A stretch of 39,172 nt of DNA. Origin: a virus. Lineage: Duplodnaviria; Caudoviricetes. Location: the IMG/VR virus record IMGVR_UViG_3300006103_000528, positions 1-39,172 of that record; one strand, 5' to 3'. The notes under the pieces are model-generated. The model worked only from the letters and a program-made list of their open reading frames with translations. It had not been told where the DNA came from and did no database searches. Shown piece after piece: positions 25,636-34,040 of the stretch (position 1 is its first letter; every line of letters starts with the position of its first letter). The position numbers were made by a program, and so were the translations under genes.

Positions 25636-27207
25636 ATGGACATGAAACGCATTTTACAGGCGATGGATGGGGCATCTTCAAAGCCTGTAGAAGGCGTTAA
25701 TAGCATGGCTAAATTTCTTCGTGTAGTCGACGAAGCCGCTATGTATGGTGCGGCTACTACACCGCCATCTCCATCAGGTCTTACACCAGCTCAACAACAC
25801 GCACTTGCTCCGTATCTTGAAACAGATCCGTCAGACGGTTCAAAATATTATGATTTGCCGGCAACTGATACTAAAGAGAAGGGTGCTATTATGGGCACCA
25901 CTATTAAAAGTCCAGGATACATAGCCGCTATTAAACAAGATCAAGGCAAAGTTATCCAACAGTTGTTAAGACAATTAGATCCAAAAAATCAAGTTAAAGA
26001 ACCTCAAGTTACAACAACTCCGTTGAGCGATGAAGAAACAGCCAAAGTAATGGCAGATTTACAAGAAAACAGCTTAGATAAGTTTTTATCTATTGTTAAA
26101 AAGAATGACGTAGTTAGTTTAAACGAAGGCGCTAATCCGCATAAAGTTTCGTTGCCTGTACAAATGGCTATGCAACACTACCAGCAACCAGTCGTTGAAA
26201 CACCAGTAACTCCAACTATTACTCGCGAATCAAGTATAAAGAAATATTTTAGTCAGGCTGAAACAGATGCGGCTGAAAGACTAACACAAAAAAATAATCT
26301 TTATAAGCAGTATGCGCAGACTATCGCTGAACGTGTAATGATGAAGGAAAGCAAATTAGACGAACGTAGTACTACAGAAAAACAAGCACGTACTATGGCT
26401 GCCGCGGCACATAATCCAGAGTTTGCTAAAAAGATTGGCATTAAACCTAGTGTTGCTAAAGAATTTAATAAGAAAGATAAAGGCACTGCATTGTTAAGTA
26501 ACGCAATGAAGGGCAAAAAGAAAGTTGTAAACGAGTTTGATTTTAATCGAGATCGCAGAGAAGAAAGTCCGCTAGACAACTATCCTTGTTACGATTGTGG
26601 TAGCACAATTTTTCATCATCATACAAAACATTGCGATCTAGCAGAACCTAATGCAGTTAGAGATTTACCTTCTAAACATCATAATACACAACATTGGAAC
26701 GGACATATACCGCACGGTCTACATCCTATCCCAGGATTAAATGAAAATGAAATTCCTGGTCATAGCATGGGATTTAAACCAGGTCCTGGTGGTCCAGGCT
26801 TACAAAGTAATGTAGCAGAAGCTCCACTAGACTTTGATCGTGAAAATCCAATGTCTAGTACTATTCATAGTCATCAAGGAGTTAATCCAGCTAGTATAGA
26901 AGCACGTATCATGCGAGCTCGTAGACAGCTAAAAGATCTAGCAGAACAAGCACAAAGTGATGATCCAAGAATATGGCAACACATTACTAAGTTGTTCCCT
27001 GAGCTTGCTATGAACATAGAACAAATTAGTCATGGACTAGGTGAACTAGGATCAAAGCGTCGAGCCGGTGGTGTTAACAGTAGAAATATTCCTGTTGGCA
27101 TAGATGAAATGATGAACGACCCATGTTGGAAAGGTTATAAAATGGTTGGTACAAAGAAAAAAGGCGGCAAGTCAGTACCTAACTGCGTACCAAAAAAAGG
27201 AAAATAA
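25636..27207 (+). CDS. Modular putative internal head polyprotein
   Basis: Distinct short modules separated by VDE|, LQE|, LNE|, LDE|, VNE|, VAE|, IDE|. Confidence 0.65.
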   Translation: MDMKRILQAMDGASSKPVEGVNSMAKFLRVVDEAAMYGAATTPPSPSGLTPAQQHALAPYLETDPSDGSKYYDLPATDTKEKGAIMGTTIKSPGYIAAIKQDQGKVIQQLLRQLDPKNQVKEPQVTTTPLSDEETAKVMADLQENSLDKFLSIVKKNDVVSLNEGANPHKVSLPVQMAMQHYQQPVVETPVTPTITRESSIKKYFSQAETDAAERLTQKNNLYKQYAQTIAERVMMKESKLDERSTTEKQARTMAAAAHNPEFAKKIGIKPSVAKEFNKKDKGTALLSNAMKGKKKVVNEFDFNRDRREESPLDNYPCYDCGSTIFHHHTKHCDLAEPNAVRDLPSKHHNTQHWNGHIPHGLHPIPGLNENEIPGHSMGFKPGPGGPGLQSNVAEAPLDFDRENPMSSTIHSHQGVNPASIEARIMRARRQLKDLAEQAQSDDPRIWQHITKLFPELAMNIEQISHGLGELGSKRRAGGVNSRNIPVGIDEMMNDPCWKGYKMVGTKKKGGKSVPNCVPKKGK

Positions 27208-27208
27208 A

Positions 27209-29017
27209 ATGAACATTCGCGATTTAATGAACAAACTAGATACAATTAACGAAGCTGGTAACCCAGATGAAGTTATTGCCAAGTATACCGATAAACCAGA
27301 TCTACCAGCTTTTATCGATAGTAAAGATGGTAAAGTTAAGTATATGGATCGAGCAGGCGGAGAAATGGGCGGTGCTCCTCAAGCTAAAGTTATGCCAACT
27401 GATTGGATCAAGCGTTATGCTCCTGATCTTGCAGATGCTATTGCTGCCAAAGGCGGAAATGCTAGCGCATACGGCAAGCAAGAAAAGAAAGGCTTGTTTG
27501 GTATTAACGGTTTAGGTTCATTTGATCAAGGTACTACAGTTAATACTAAGCAAGCAGGTGCTGATGCAACTAGTAGAACTGTTAATGCCGCAAATCTTAC
27601 AAAATTAAACGATCTAGTATCTAAATTACAAGCATCGTTAAAAACTCCTGCTACCGTTAAAGAATCTTTTTCATCACGTAGATTGATTGAAAGTTTTGGA
27701 TATCAAACAGAAAGTGAAGCAAGTCTAGCGCAACAGGCTGCAGTGGGTGCCGGAACATATGGCGCCGCTAAAGGTGTTGGTAAAATGTTGGGCAAAGCTA
27801 TTCCAGGTGTTGGTCTAGCATTTGGGGCGGCTGATGCATACAACCGTGCTAAGAAAGGCGATTGGTTAGGTGCCGGGATGGCAGGTGCAAGTGGACTAGC
27901 TAGTTTAGTTCCAGGTATCGGCACTGCCGCAAGTTTAGGCTTAGATGCTGCCAACTTGGCTCGTGATTACAAGCATGGTGAATTTGGTGGTGCAGATGCC
28001 GCAGTTCCTCCAGGCGGAGATGCTAAAGTATTTGCCATGCAAAATGAGCTAATTAAGAAAGGTGCTAAGATCAAAGCTGACGGCAAAATGGGTCCAATGA
28101 CTCAAGCCGCTATGAAGCAATATGGTGTAACAATGCCTGCCGCAGAATCTGCCGCAGAATCTATTGTTCGTCTACGTAACCGTTTAGAAATGTTAGAAGC
28201 TATGTCAACATTAGACAAAGAATATTTCTTAGGTTCTGATGGTAACTTTTATAGAATCAATGGTGATGTAGTAACTGATAGTACTACAGTAAAACATATC
28301 TGGGAAAGCGTAAAGAATAAACCAGTAACATTAGATGAAGGTATCTTTGGCGATATTGTCAGCGGAGCTAAAGCAATAGGATCCGATACCTTCAATGTTG
28401 GTAAAAATCTATTCAGAGGTGCAAGTGGAGAAGCAAATGCTCTTAAAAGTGCCGCTGATTTAGATAAATGGAAAGCGGCACAAACGGCAGCAGGTGCAAG
28501 CGATGCACAAATTGCATCTAGACTAAAAAATCTTCCAAATATTAGTCAAGCAACCAAAGACTCTTGGGCGGCAAAGGCATTCCGTGGTGGTAAAGCAATT
28601 GCAAACAATCCAGGCAAGGCAGCGTTAGGTGCCGCGGCGTTGGGCGCAGGTGCAGGTCTTGCACTAACTCCAGGTGCTGTTGCTGGTACTCCAACTACTC
28701 CAGGTGGACATACAGGTGCTGGCGGTACTCCAACAACTCCAACAACTCCAACAACTCCAACAACTCCAACAACTCCAGCAGTACCAGCAGGTCCTACTCC
28801 AGAGCAGTTAGCACTAGTTGATGAGATTAAAAAGGCTATGGCGTTGTTACCAGATGACGGTAATGATGAAACTATCAATACTGCATTGCAATCTGCTCAA
28901 ACTGCAATTGATTCGCTTCCAAAGGCAGCTCCGGCAGCATCCAAGGATGCACATGCCGCTGATATGGCTAAGGCAGCTGGCTACAATGGTCCAGACGGTA
29001 CTAGCGTAGGTAGTTAA
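27209..29017 (+). CDS. Modular protein with a peptidoglycan-binding-like domain and Gly/Ala hydrophobic helices
   Basis: MNIRDLMNKLDTINE|A; VFAMQNELIKKG..IKADGKMGPMTQAAMKQY (PG_binding_1-like); KAIPGVGLAFG...LVPGIGTAAS; RBS AAGGA before ATG 27209. Confidence 0.7.
   Translation: MNIRDLMNKLDTINEAGNPDEVIAKYTDKPDLPAFIDSKDGKVKYMDRAGGEMGGAPQAKVMPTDWIKRYAPDLADAIAAKGGNASAYGKQEKKGLFGINGLGSFDQGTTVNTKQAGADATSRTVNAANLTKLNDLVSKLQASLKTPATVKESFSSRRLIESFGYQTESEASLAQQAAVGAGTYGAAKGVGKMLGKAIPGVGLAFGAADAYNRAKKGDWLGAGMAGASGLASLVPGIGTAASLGLDAANLARDYKHGEFGGADAAVPPGGDAKVFAMQNELIKKGAKIKADGKMGPMTQAAMKQYGVTMPAAESAAESIVRLRNRLEMLEAMSTLDKEYFLGSDGNFYRINGDVVTDSTTVKHIWESVKNKPVTLDEGIFGDIVSGAKAIGSDTFNVGKNLFRGASGEANALKSAADLDKWKAAQTAAGASDAQIASRLKNLPNISQATKDSWAAKAFRGGKAIANNPGKAALGAAALGAGAGLALTPGAVAGTPTTPGGHTGAGGTPTTPTTPTTPTTPTTPAVPAGPTPEQLALVDEIKKAMALLPDDGNDETINTALQSAQTAIDSLPKAAPAASKDAHAADMAKAAGYNGPDGTSVGS
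28727..28780 (+). repeat. 9-bp tandem repeat (ACTCCAACA)x5 plus ACTCCAGCA, encoding a TPT linker
   Basis: Read directly from the sequence. Confidence 0.95.
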
Positions 29018-29025
29018 GTAAGTAT

Positions 29026-29050
29026 AATGGCAGACTAGTTCTGCCATTTT
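29026..29050 (+). terminator. Intrinsic terminator ending the late cargo cluster
   Basis: AATGGCAGA-CTAGT-TCTGCCATT-TT. Confidence 0.8.
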
Positions 29051-29072
29051 CACGATTAAAATTTCTTAATGG

Positions 29073-29101
29073 TTGCTTTAACAAGATAAGTAGTATATAA
29101 T
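29073..29101 (+). promoter_or_regulatory. Sigma70-type promoter
   Basis: TTGCTT(29073)-17-TATAAT(29096). Confidence 0.65.
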
Positions 29102-29125
29102 AGGCTTATACATTAGGAGATTTAC

Positions 29126-29383
29126 ATGGGCGGTCGTTCATACGGTGCAGAAGAAAAGGCAAAACTCGAGCGTTTGATTTCAGAAGGTAGTACAGTACTA
29201 CGTGAAGTTGAAGACTTACAAGAAGGCTTAAAAGAAACAGTTAAGGCTGTGGCAGAAGAATTACAAATTAAACCTAGCGTTATTAACAAAGCTATTAAGA
29301 TTGCACATAAAGGCGATTGGCAAGCGTATAACGAAGACTGGGAAGAAATTGAAGCAATTTTGGATATCACTAAGCGTATCTAA
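29126..29383 (+). CDS. Small dsDNA-binding protein (T4 DsbA/GapR-like)
   Basis: LERLISE...LQEGLKETVKAVAEELQIKPSVINKAIKIAHK helical pattern; RBS AGGAG. Confidence 0.6.
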   Translation: MGGRSYGAEEKAKLERLISEGSTVLREVEDLQEGLKETVKAVAEELQIKPSVINKAIKIAHKGDWQAYNEDWEEIEAILDITKRI

Positions 29384-29405
29384 TAAGTATTGCGTAGAAA
29401 GGTTA

Positions 29406-29458
29406 GCTGGCCATAAACAGCATACTAGGTATTTGTCAGCCTAAAATGACATAAGGAG
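29406..29458 (+). promoter_or_regulatory. Twin hairpins abutting the polymerase SD (candidate translational operator)
   Basis: GCTG-GCCATAAA-CAGC and TGTCA-GCCTAAAA-TGACA followed by TAAGGAG. Confidence 0.5.
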
Positions 29459-29462
29459 AATT

Positions 29463-32132
29463 ATGAGCTATGTAGATGCATGGTTTGACCGTAATAACGA
29501 TGTTATTAAAGTAGTCGAACGCAATAAGAAAGGTGAGCGTGTATTCCGTGACATTCCTGTCAAGCACACGTTTTACTATAAAGACCCACGCGGCAAATTT
29601 CAATCTATTTACGGAGATCCTCTTAACAGGGTTATTTGTAAAAACACTAAAGAACTACGAAAAGAACAAGCTATCAATTCAGGTAAGCAATTGTTTGAAG
29701 CTGATATTAATCCAATATTTGTTTGTCTAAGCGAAAACTACATTAATCAAGACGCACCTAAACTAAACGTAGCATTTTTCGATATTGAGGTAGACTTTGA
29801 TCCAGAGCGTGGCTATGCAAGTCCTGATGATGCTTTCATGCCAATTACTGCGATTGCTGTCTACCTACAATGGATGGAAACTATGGTATGTTTAGCAGTT
29901 CCTCCAAAGACTATTACAATGGAAGAAGCGTTAGAACAAGTTAAAGAGTTCCCTAATACAATGCTTTATAAAACAGAAGCAGAAATGTTAGATGTATTTC
30001 TTGATCTGATTAAAGATGCAGATATTTTAAGTGGTTGGAACTCAGAAGGCTTTGATATTCCATATACTACAAATAGAGTAACTAAAGCATTATCAAAAGA
30101 AGATACCCGCCGTTTTTGTTTATTTGACCAATTTCCTAAACGCAGAGAATATGAAAAGTTTGGTCGTGATAGTGTAACTTATGACTACATTGGTCGCGTT
30201 CACTTAGACTATCTTGAGCTGTACCGTAAGTATACGTATGAAGAACGCCACAGTTATAGACTTGACGCCATTGCGGAATATGAGTTAGGTCAACGTAAAA
30301 CACAATATGAAGGTACGCTCGACCAATTATACAACAATGATTTTAAAACATTCATTGAATATAACCGTAATGACTGTAAGCTATTAGACGATCTAGATAA
30401 GAAACTAAAGTTTATGGATCTTGCCAATACACTAGCGCATGAGTGTACTGTATTGCTCCAGACTACAATGGGTGCTGTGGCTGTAACTGAACAGGCTATT
30501 ATTAATGAAGCACATCGTCGAGGATTCCAAGTACCTAATCGTACTAAAATGGATGACCGTGAAAACAACGAAGGTGCCGCTGGTGCATATGTTGCTTATC
30601 CTAAAGAAGGCATTCACGATTGGATTGGTTCATTAGACATTAACTCACTTTACCCATCAGCAATTCGTGCTCTAAACATGGGACCAGAAACTATTGTTGG
30701 ACAGTTACGCCAAACAATGACTGACGAATACATTGAAACACAAATTGGCAAGGGTAAAAGTTTTGCCGCGGCATGGGAAGGTATCTTTGGATCGTTAGAA
30801 TATACAGCCGTAATGAACCAAGAGATTGGTACAGACATTACAGTTGACTGGGAGAATGGAGATAGTGATGTTCTTAGTGCCGCAGAATGTTACAGATTGA
30901 TATTTGAAAGTAATCAGCCTTGGACACTAAGCGCCAATGGTACTATCTTTTCATATGAAAATGAAGGTATTATCCCTGGACTACTAAAGCGTTGGTATGC
31001 GGAACGTAAAGAGATGCAGGCCAAACTCAAAGAAGCAATCAAAGCAGGCAACAAAGTCGAAGAAGAATACTGGGACAAACGACAACTCGTTAAGAAGATT
31101 AACTTGAATAGTTTGTATGGTGCTATTCTTAACAGTGGTTGTAGGTTCTTTGATAAGCGGATTGGACAATCAACTACCTTAACTGGTCGACAAATTGTTA
31201 AACACATGGCTGGTAAGGTCAACGAGATTGTTGCCGGCGAATATGATTATAGAGGAAAGGCAATTATATATGGTGACACTGATTCTTGTTATTTTAGTGC
31301 TTTTCGCACTTTACAGAAGGACATCGAAGCGGGATTAATTCCCTGGACTAAAGAAAGTGTAGTACAACTATACGACCAAATTGGTGAGGAAGTTAATACT
31401 ACATTTCCACAGTTCATGCTAGATTCATTCCACGTTCCTAAATCACGTGGTGAAGTTATTAAAGCTGGTCGTGAAATTGTTGCTATCAAAGGCTTGTTTA
31501 TTACTAAGAAGCGTTATGCTGTCTTGTACTATGACAAGGAAGGCAAGCGCAGTGACGTAGATGGTAAGCCAGGCAAGATCAAGGCCATGGGATTGGACTT
31601 GAAGCGTAGTGATACTCCTGAATTCATTCAAGACTTCTTAAGTGATGTATTAGAAAAAGTTCTAACAGGTGCTAGCGAACAAGTTGTTCTAGATCATATT
31701 AGCGAGTTCCGTCTTAAATTTAAAACACGGCCTGGTTGGGAAAAAGGTAGCCCTAAACGTGCTAACAATATTACCGACTATGAAGCTAAAGAAAAGAAGG
31801 CAGGTAAAGCCAACATGCCAGGACACGTTCGAGCCAGTATTAATTGGAATACGCTCAAACGAATGTTTGATGACAAGTACAGTGCCAACATCACTGATGG
31901 TGCAAAAGTTATTGTCTGCAAACTTAAAGATAATCCATTAGGATTTACAAGCGTAGCTTATCCAGTAGATGAGCTCAGATTGCCGCAGTGGTTTAAAGAC
32001 TTGCCCTTTAATCATACTGAGATGGAGCAGGCCATTATTGATAAGAAACTAGACAATCTTATTGGTGTACTTAAATGGGATGTTCGCAGTACAGAAGAAA
32101 AAAACACATTTAACAGTTTATTCGAGTTTTAA
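29463..32132 (+). CDS. polB: Family B DNA polymerase with 3'-5' exonuclease
   Basis: ExoI FDIE, ExoII GWNSEGFDIPY, ExoIII YNRND; motif A DINSLYP, B KKINLNSLYG, C YGDTDS; KKRY. Confidence 0.97.
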   Translation: MSYVDAWFDRNNDVIKVVERNKKGERVFRDIPVKHTFYYKDPRGKFQSIYGDPLNRVICKNTKELRKEQAINSGKQLFEADINPIFVCLSENYINQDAPKLNVAFFDIEVDFDPERGYASPDDAFMPITAIAVYLQWMETMVCLAVPPKTITMEEALEQVKEFPNTMLYKTEAEMLDVFLDLIKDADILSGWNSEGFDIPYTTNRVTKALSKEDTRRFCLFDQFPKRREYEKFGRDSVTYDYIGRVHLDYLELYRKYTYEERHSYRLDAIAEYELGQRKTQYEGTLDQLYNNDFKTFIEYNRNDCKLLDDLDKKLKFMDLANTLAHECTVLLQTTMGAVAVTEQAIINEAHRRGFQVPNRTKMDDRENNEGAAGAYVAYPKEGIHDWIGSLDINSLYPSAIRALNMGPETIVGQLRQTMTDEYIETQIGKGKSFAAAWEGIFGSLEYTAVMNQEIGTDITVDWENGDSDVLSAAECYRLIFESNQPWTLSANGTIFSYENEGIIPGLLKRWYAERKEMQAKLKEAIKAGNKVEEEYWDKRQLVKKINLNSLYGAILNSGCRFFDKRIGQSTTLTGRQIVKHMAGKVNEIVAGEYDYRGKAIIYGDTDSCYFSAFRTLQKDIEAGLIPWTKESVVQLYDQIGEEVNTTFPQFMLDSFHVPKSRGEVIKAGREIVAIKGLFITKKRYAVLYYDKEGKRSDVDGKPGKIKAMGLDLKRSDTPEFIQDFLSDVLEKVLTGASEQVVLDHISEFRLKFKTRPGWEKGSPKRANNITDYEAKEKKAGKANMPGHVRASINWNTLKRMFDDKYSANITDGAKVIVCKLKDNPLGFTSVAYPVDELRLPQWFKDLPFNHTEMEQAIIDKKLDNLIGVLKWDVRSTEEKNTFNSLFEF

Positions 32133-32133
32133 T

Positions 32134-32907
32134 ATGACCACAGAAATTACACTTGCAGGATACGGCTTTGTAGGCAAAGCCGTTTGGAATAGTCTTAAAG
32201 ACATACACACTATTAATATAATTGACCCAGCGTACAATACAAATACCATTGCAGATTTTCCAACAGCAAAAGGTATTATTGTATGTGTTGGTACTCCTAG
32301 TTTACCAAACGGAGTATGTGACGATTCACAGATTCGGGCAGTATTAGAAAATGCTCCAGAAAATTTGCCAATATTAATTAAGTCAACTGTACCACCTGAT
32401 CAACTATCACAAATAGTAATTGATTATCCTAATCATAATATTTGTTATAGCCCAGAGTTTTTACGTGCGGCAACTGCTAATGAAGATTTCCTAAATCAAG
32501 AATACATGATTATCGGCGGCGAAGATGTAAATCAATTCTGGGAAACGTTGTTTGGGCCTGCTCTTAAGAAATGCGAGTTTTATTTGCCATGCAGTATTAC
32601 CGAAGCTAGTATGGTCAAATACGCAATTAATAATTTCTTAAGTACAAAGGTTGCGTTCTTTAATCAAATTTATGAAATATGCCAAGCTAATGGTGCTGAC
32701 TATCAAGTAGTCAAGCAGTTAGTCTCTGCAGATACTAGAATTGGGTTGAGCCATATGGATGTTCCCGGACCCGATGGTAGTTTTGGATTTGGTGGTGCTT
32801 GTTTTCCTAAAGACACAAATGCCTTCATAAAGTATGCGCAAAACCTAAATACACCTATAACCGTTGTAGAAGAAGTGGTGAAATACAACAACAAAATAAG
32901 AAAATAA
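32134..32907 (+). CDS. ugd: UDP-glucose/GDP-mannose 6-dehydrogenase family, lacking the C-terminal domain
   Basis: GYGFVG, CVGTP, IKSTVPP, SPEFLR, KYAINNFLSTKVAFFN, GFGGACFPKD; only 257 aa. Confidence 0.88.
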   Translation: MTTEITLAGYGFVGKAVWNSLKDIHTINIIDPAYNTNTIADFPTAKGIIVCVGTPSLPNGVCDDSQIRAVLENAPENLPILIKSTVPPDQLSQIVIDYPNHNICYSPEFLRAATANEDFLNQEYMIIGGEDVNQFWETLFGPALKKCEFYLPCSITEASMVKYAINNFLSTKVAFFNQIYEICQANGADYQVVKQLVSADTRIGLSHMDVPGPDGSFGFGGACFPKDTNAFIKYAQNLNTPITVVEEVVKYNNKIRK

Positions 32908-32910
32908 TCA

Positions 32911-32938
32911 TTGACATAGTCAAAAAAACCTATATAAT
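32911..32938 (+). promoter_or_regulatory. Sigma70-type promoter
   Basis: TTGACA(32911)-16-TATAAT(32933); the -35 is part of the palindrome TTGAC-ATA-GTCAA. Confidence 0.7.
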
Positions 32939-32958
32939 AACACAACATGGAGAATCAT

Positions 32959-33690
32959 ATGAAAGACTTTTTACAAGACCTAGTAGCACATACACACAGC
33001 TTGGGCTTCCTGCCTTTAGTTAAAGTATCAGCAACAGATAAAGAAACAGCAATCGAATCAATGGCTGAAGACCGTTCAGTTATCTTTAATGCAAAAACAC
33101 ACAAGCCTATTGAGAACTTTGAAGGTACATTTGGTATGCCTAACTTGAACAAGTTAGACTTACACTTGAAGTGCCCAGAGTACAAAGAAGGTGCTGGCAT
33201 TAATGTTGTTACACAACAACGCAACGGAGAAGATGTACAAACAGGTTTGCATTTTCAAAATGCAACAGGTGACTTCCAAAACGATTATCGTTTCATGAAC
33301 AATGAAGTTATTAATGAAAAACTTAAAACTGTTAAGTTCAAAGGCGTTAGTTGGGACGTTACTGTAGAGCCTACAGTTGCATCAATTCAGAAACTGAAGT
33401 ATCAAGCCGCGGCACATACAGAAGAAACAAGTTTCCAAGTTAAAACTGAAGGCAGTGATCTAGTGTTTAGCTTTGGTGACTCGAGCACACACGCAGGATC
33501 ATTTACATTCCAAAGCGGTATTACTGGTAAGTTGCGTCAAACATTGTCTTGGCCTGTTCAACAAGTACAAAGCATTTTGGCATTGCCAGGTGACTTGTCT
33601 ATGAAGATTTCAGACTCAGGCGCTATGCAAATTACTGTAGACAGCGGTATTGCTGAATACAACTATATTTTACCAGCATTGAGCAAATAA
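32959..33690 (+). CDS. Probable DNA sliding clamp (gp45/PCNA-like)
   Basis: About 243 aa with two alpha/beta repeats, FGMPNLNKL and a C-terminal YNYILPA; near polB; clamp loader present; GGAG before ATG 32959. Confidence 0.6.
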   Translation: MKDFLQDLVAHTHSLGFLPLVKVSATDKETAIESMAEDRSVIFNAKTHKPIENFEGTFGMPNLNKLDLHLKCPEYKEGAGINVVTQQRNGEDVQTGLHFQNATGDFQNDYRFMNNEVINEKLKTVKFKGVSWDVTVEPTVASIQKLKYQAAAHTEETSFQVKTEGSDLVFSFGDSSTHAGSFTFQSGITGKLRQTLSWPVQQVQSILALPGDLSMKISDSGAMQITVDSGIAEYNYILPALSK

Positions 33691-34040
33691 TGACTACTGA
33701 TCAAATATTATTAGCAGTAGGCTTATGGGCAGTATTAATAGTAATATGTTATACACATACCGGTTGGCGCAATATAAAAGATTGCTACGGTATGTGGTTT
33801 ACTCGAGAATATTGGACTGCCTATAATACTGTAGAATTTGTCAGCTGGTGGGCAAAGGCTATTATTATCATTCCCGGATTAATCTTTGGTATTCAAATCT
33901 GGGAATTATATTACTTAACACTATTAACTAGCGTAACATTAATTTGGGCCAGTCGTAAAAAAGCATTGCCGACGCTAGTAGGATTTAATACTATGTGGGC
34001 TTGGTTGAGCTTAATGGTACTAGCACAACATTGGATCTAA
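33690..34040 (+). CDS. Small polytopic membrane protein
   Basis: Trp-rich, with 3-4 hydrophobic segments. Confidence 0.75.
   Translation: MTTDQILLAVGLWAVLIVICYTHTGWRNIKDCYGMWFTREYWTAYNTVEFVSWWAKAIIIIPGLIFGIQIWELYYLTLLTSVTLIWASRKKALPTLVGFNTMWAWLSLMVLAQHWI

Noticed and set aside
29463-32132. Intein or intron in PolB
   Set aside because: 889 aa with all motifs at normal spacing and no splicing motifs seen
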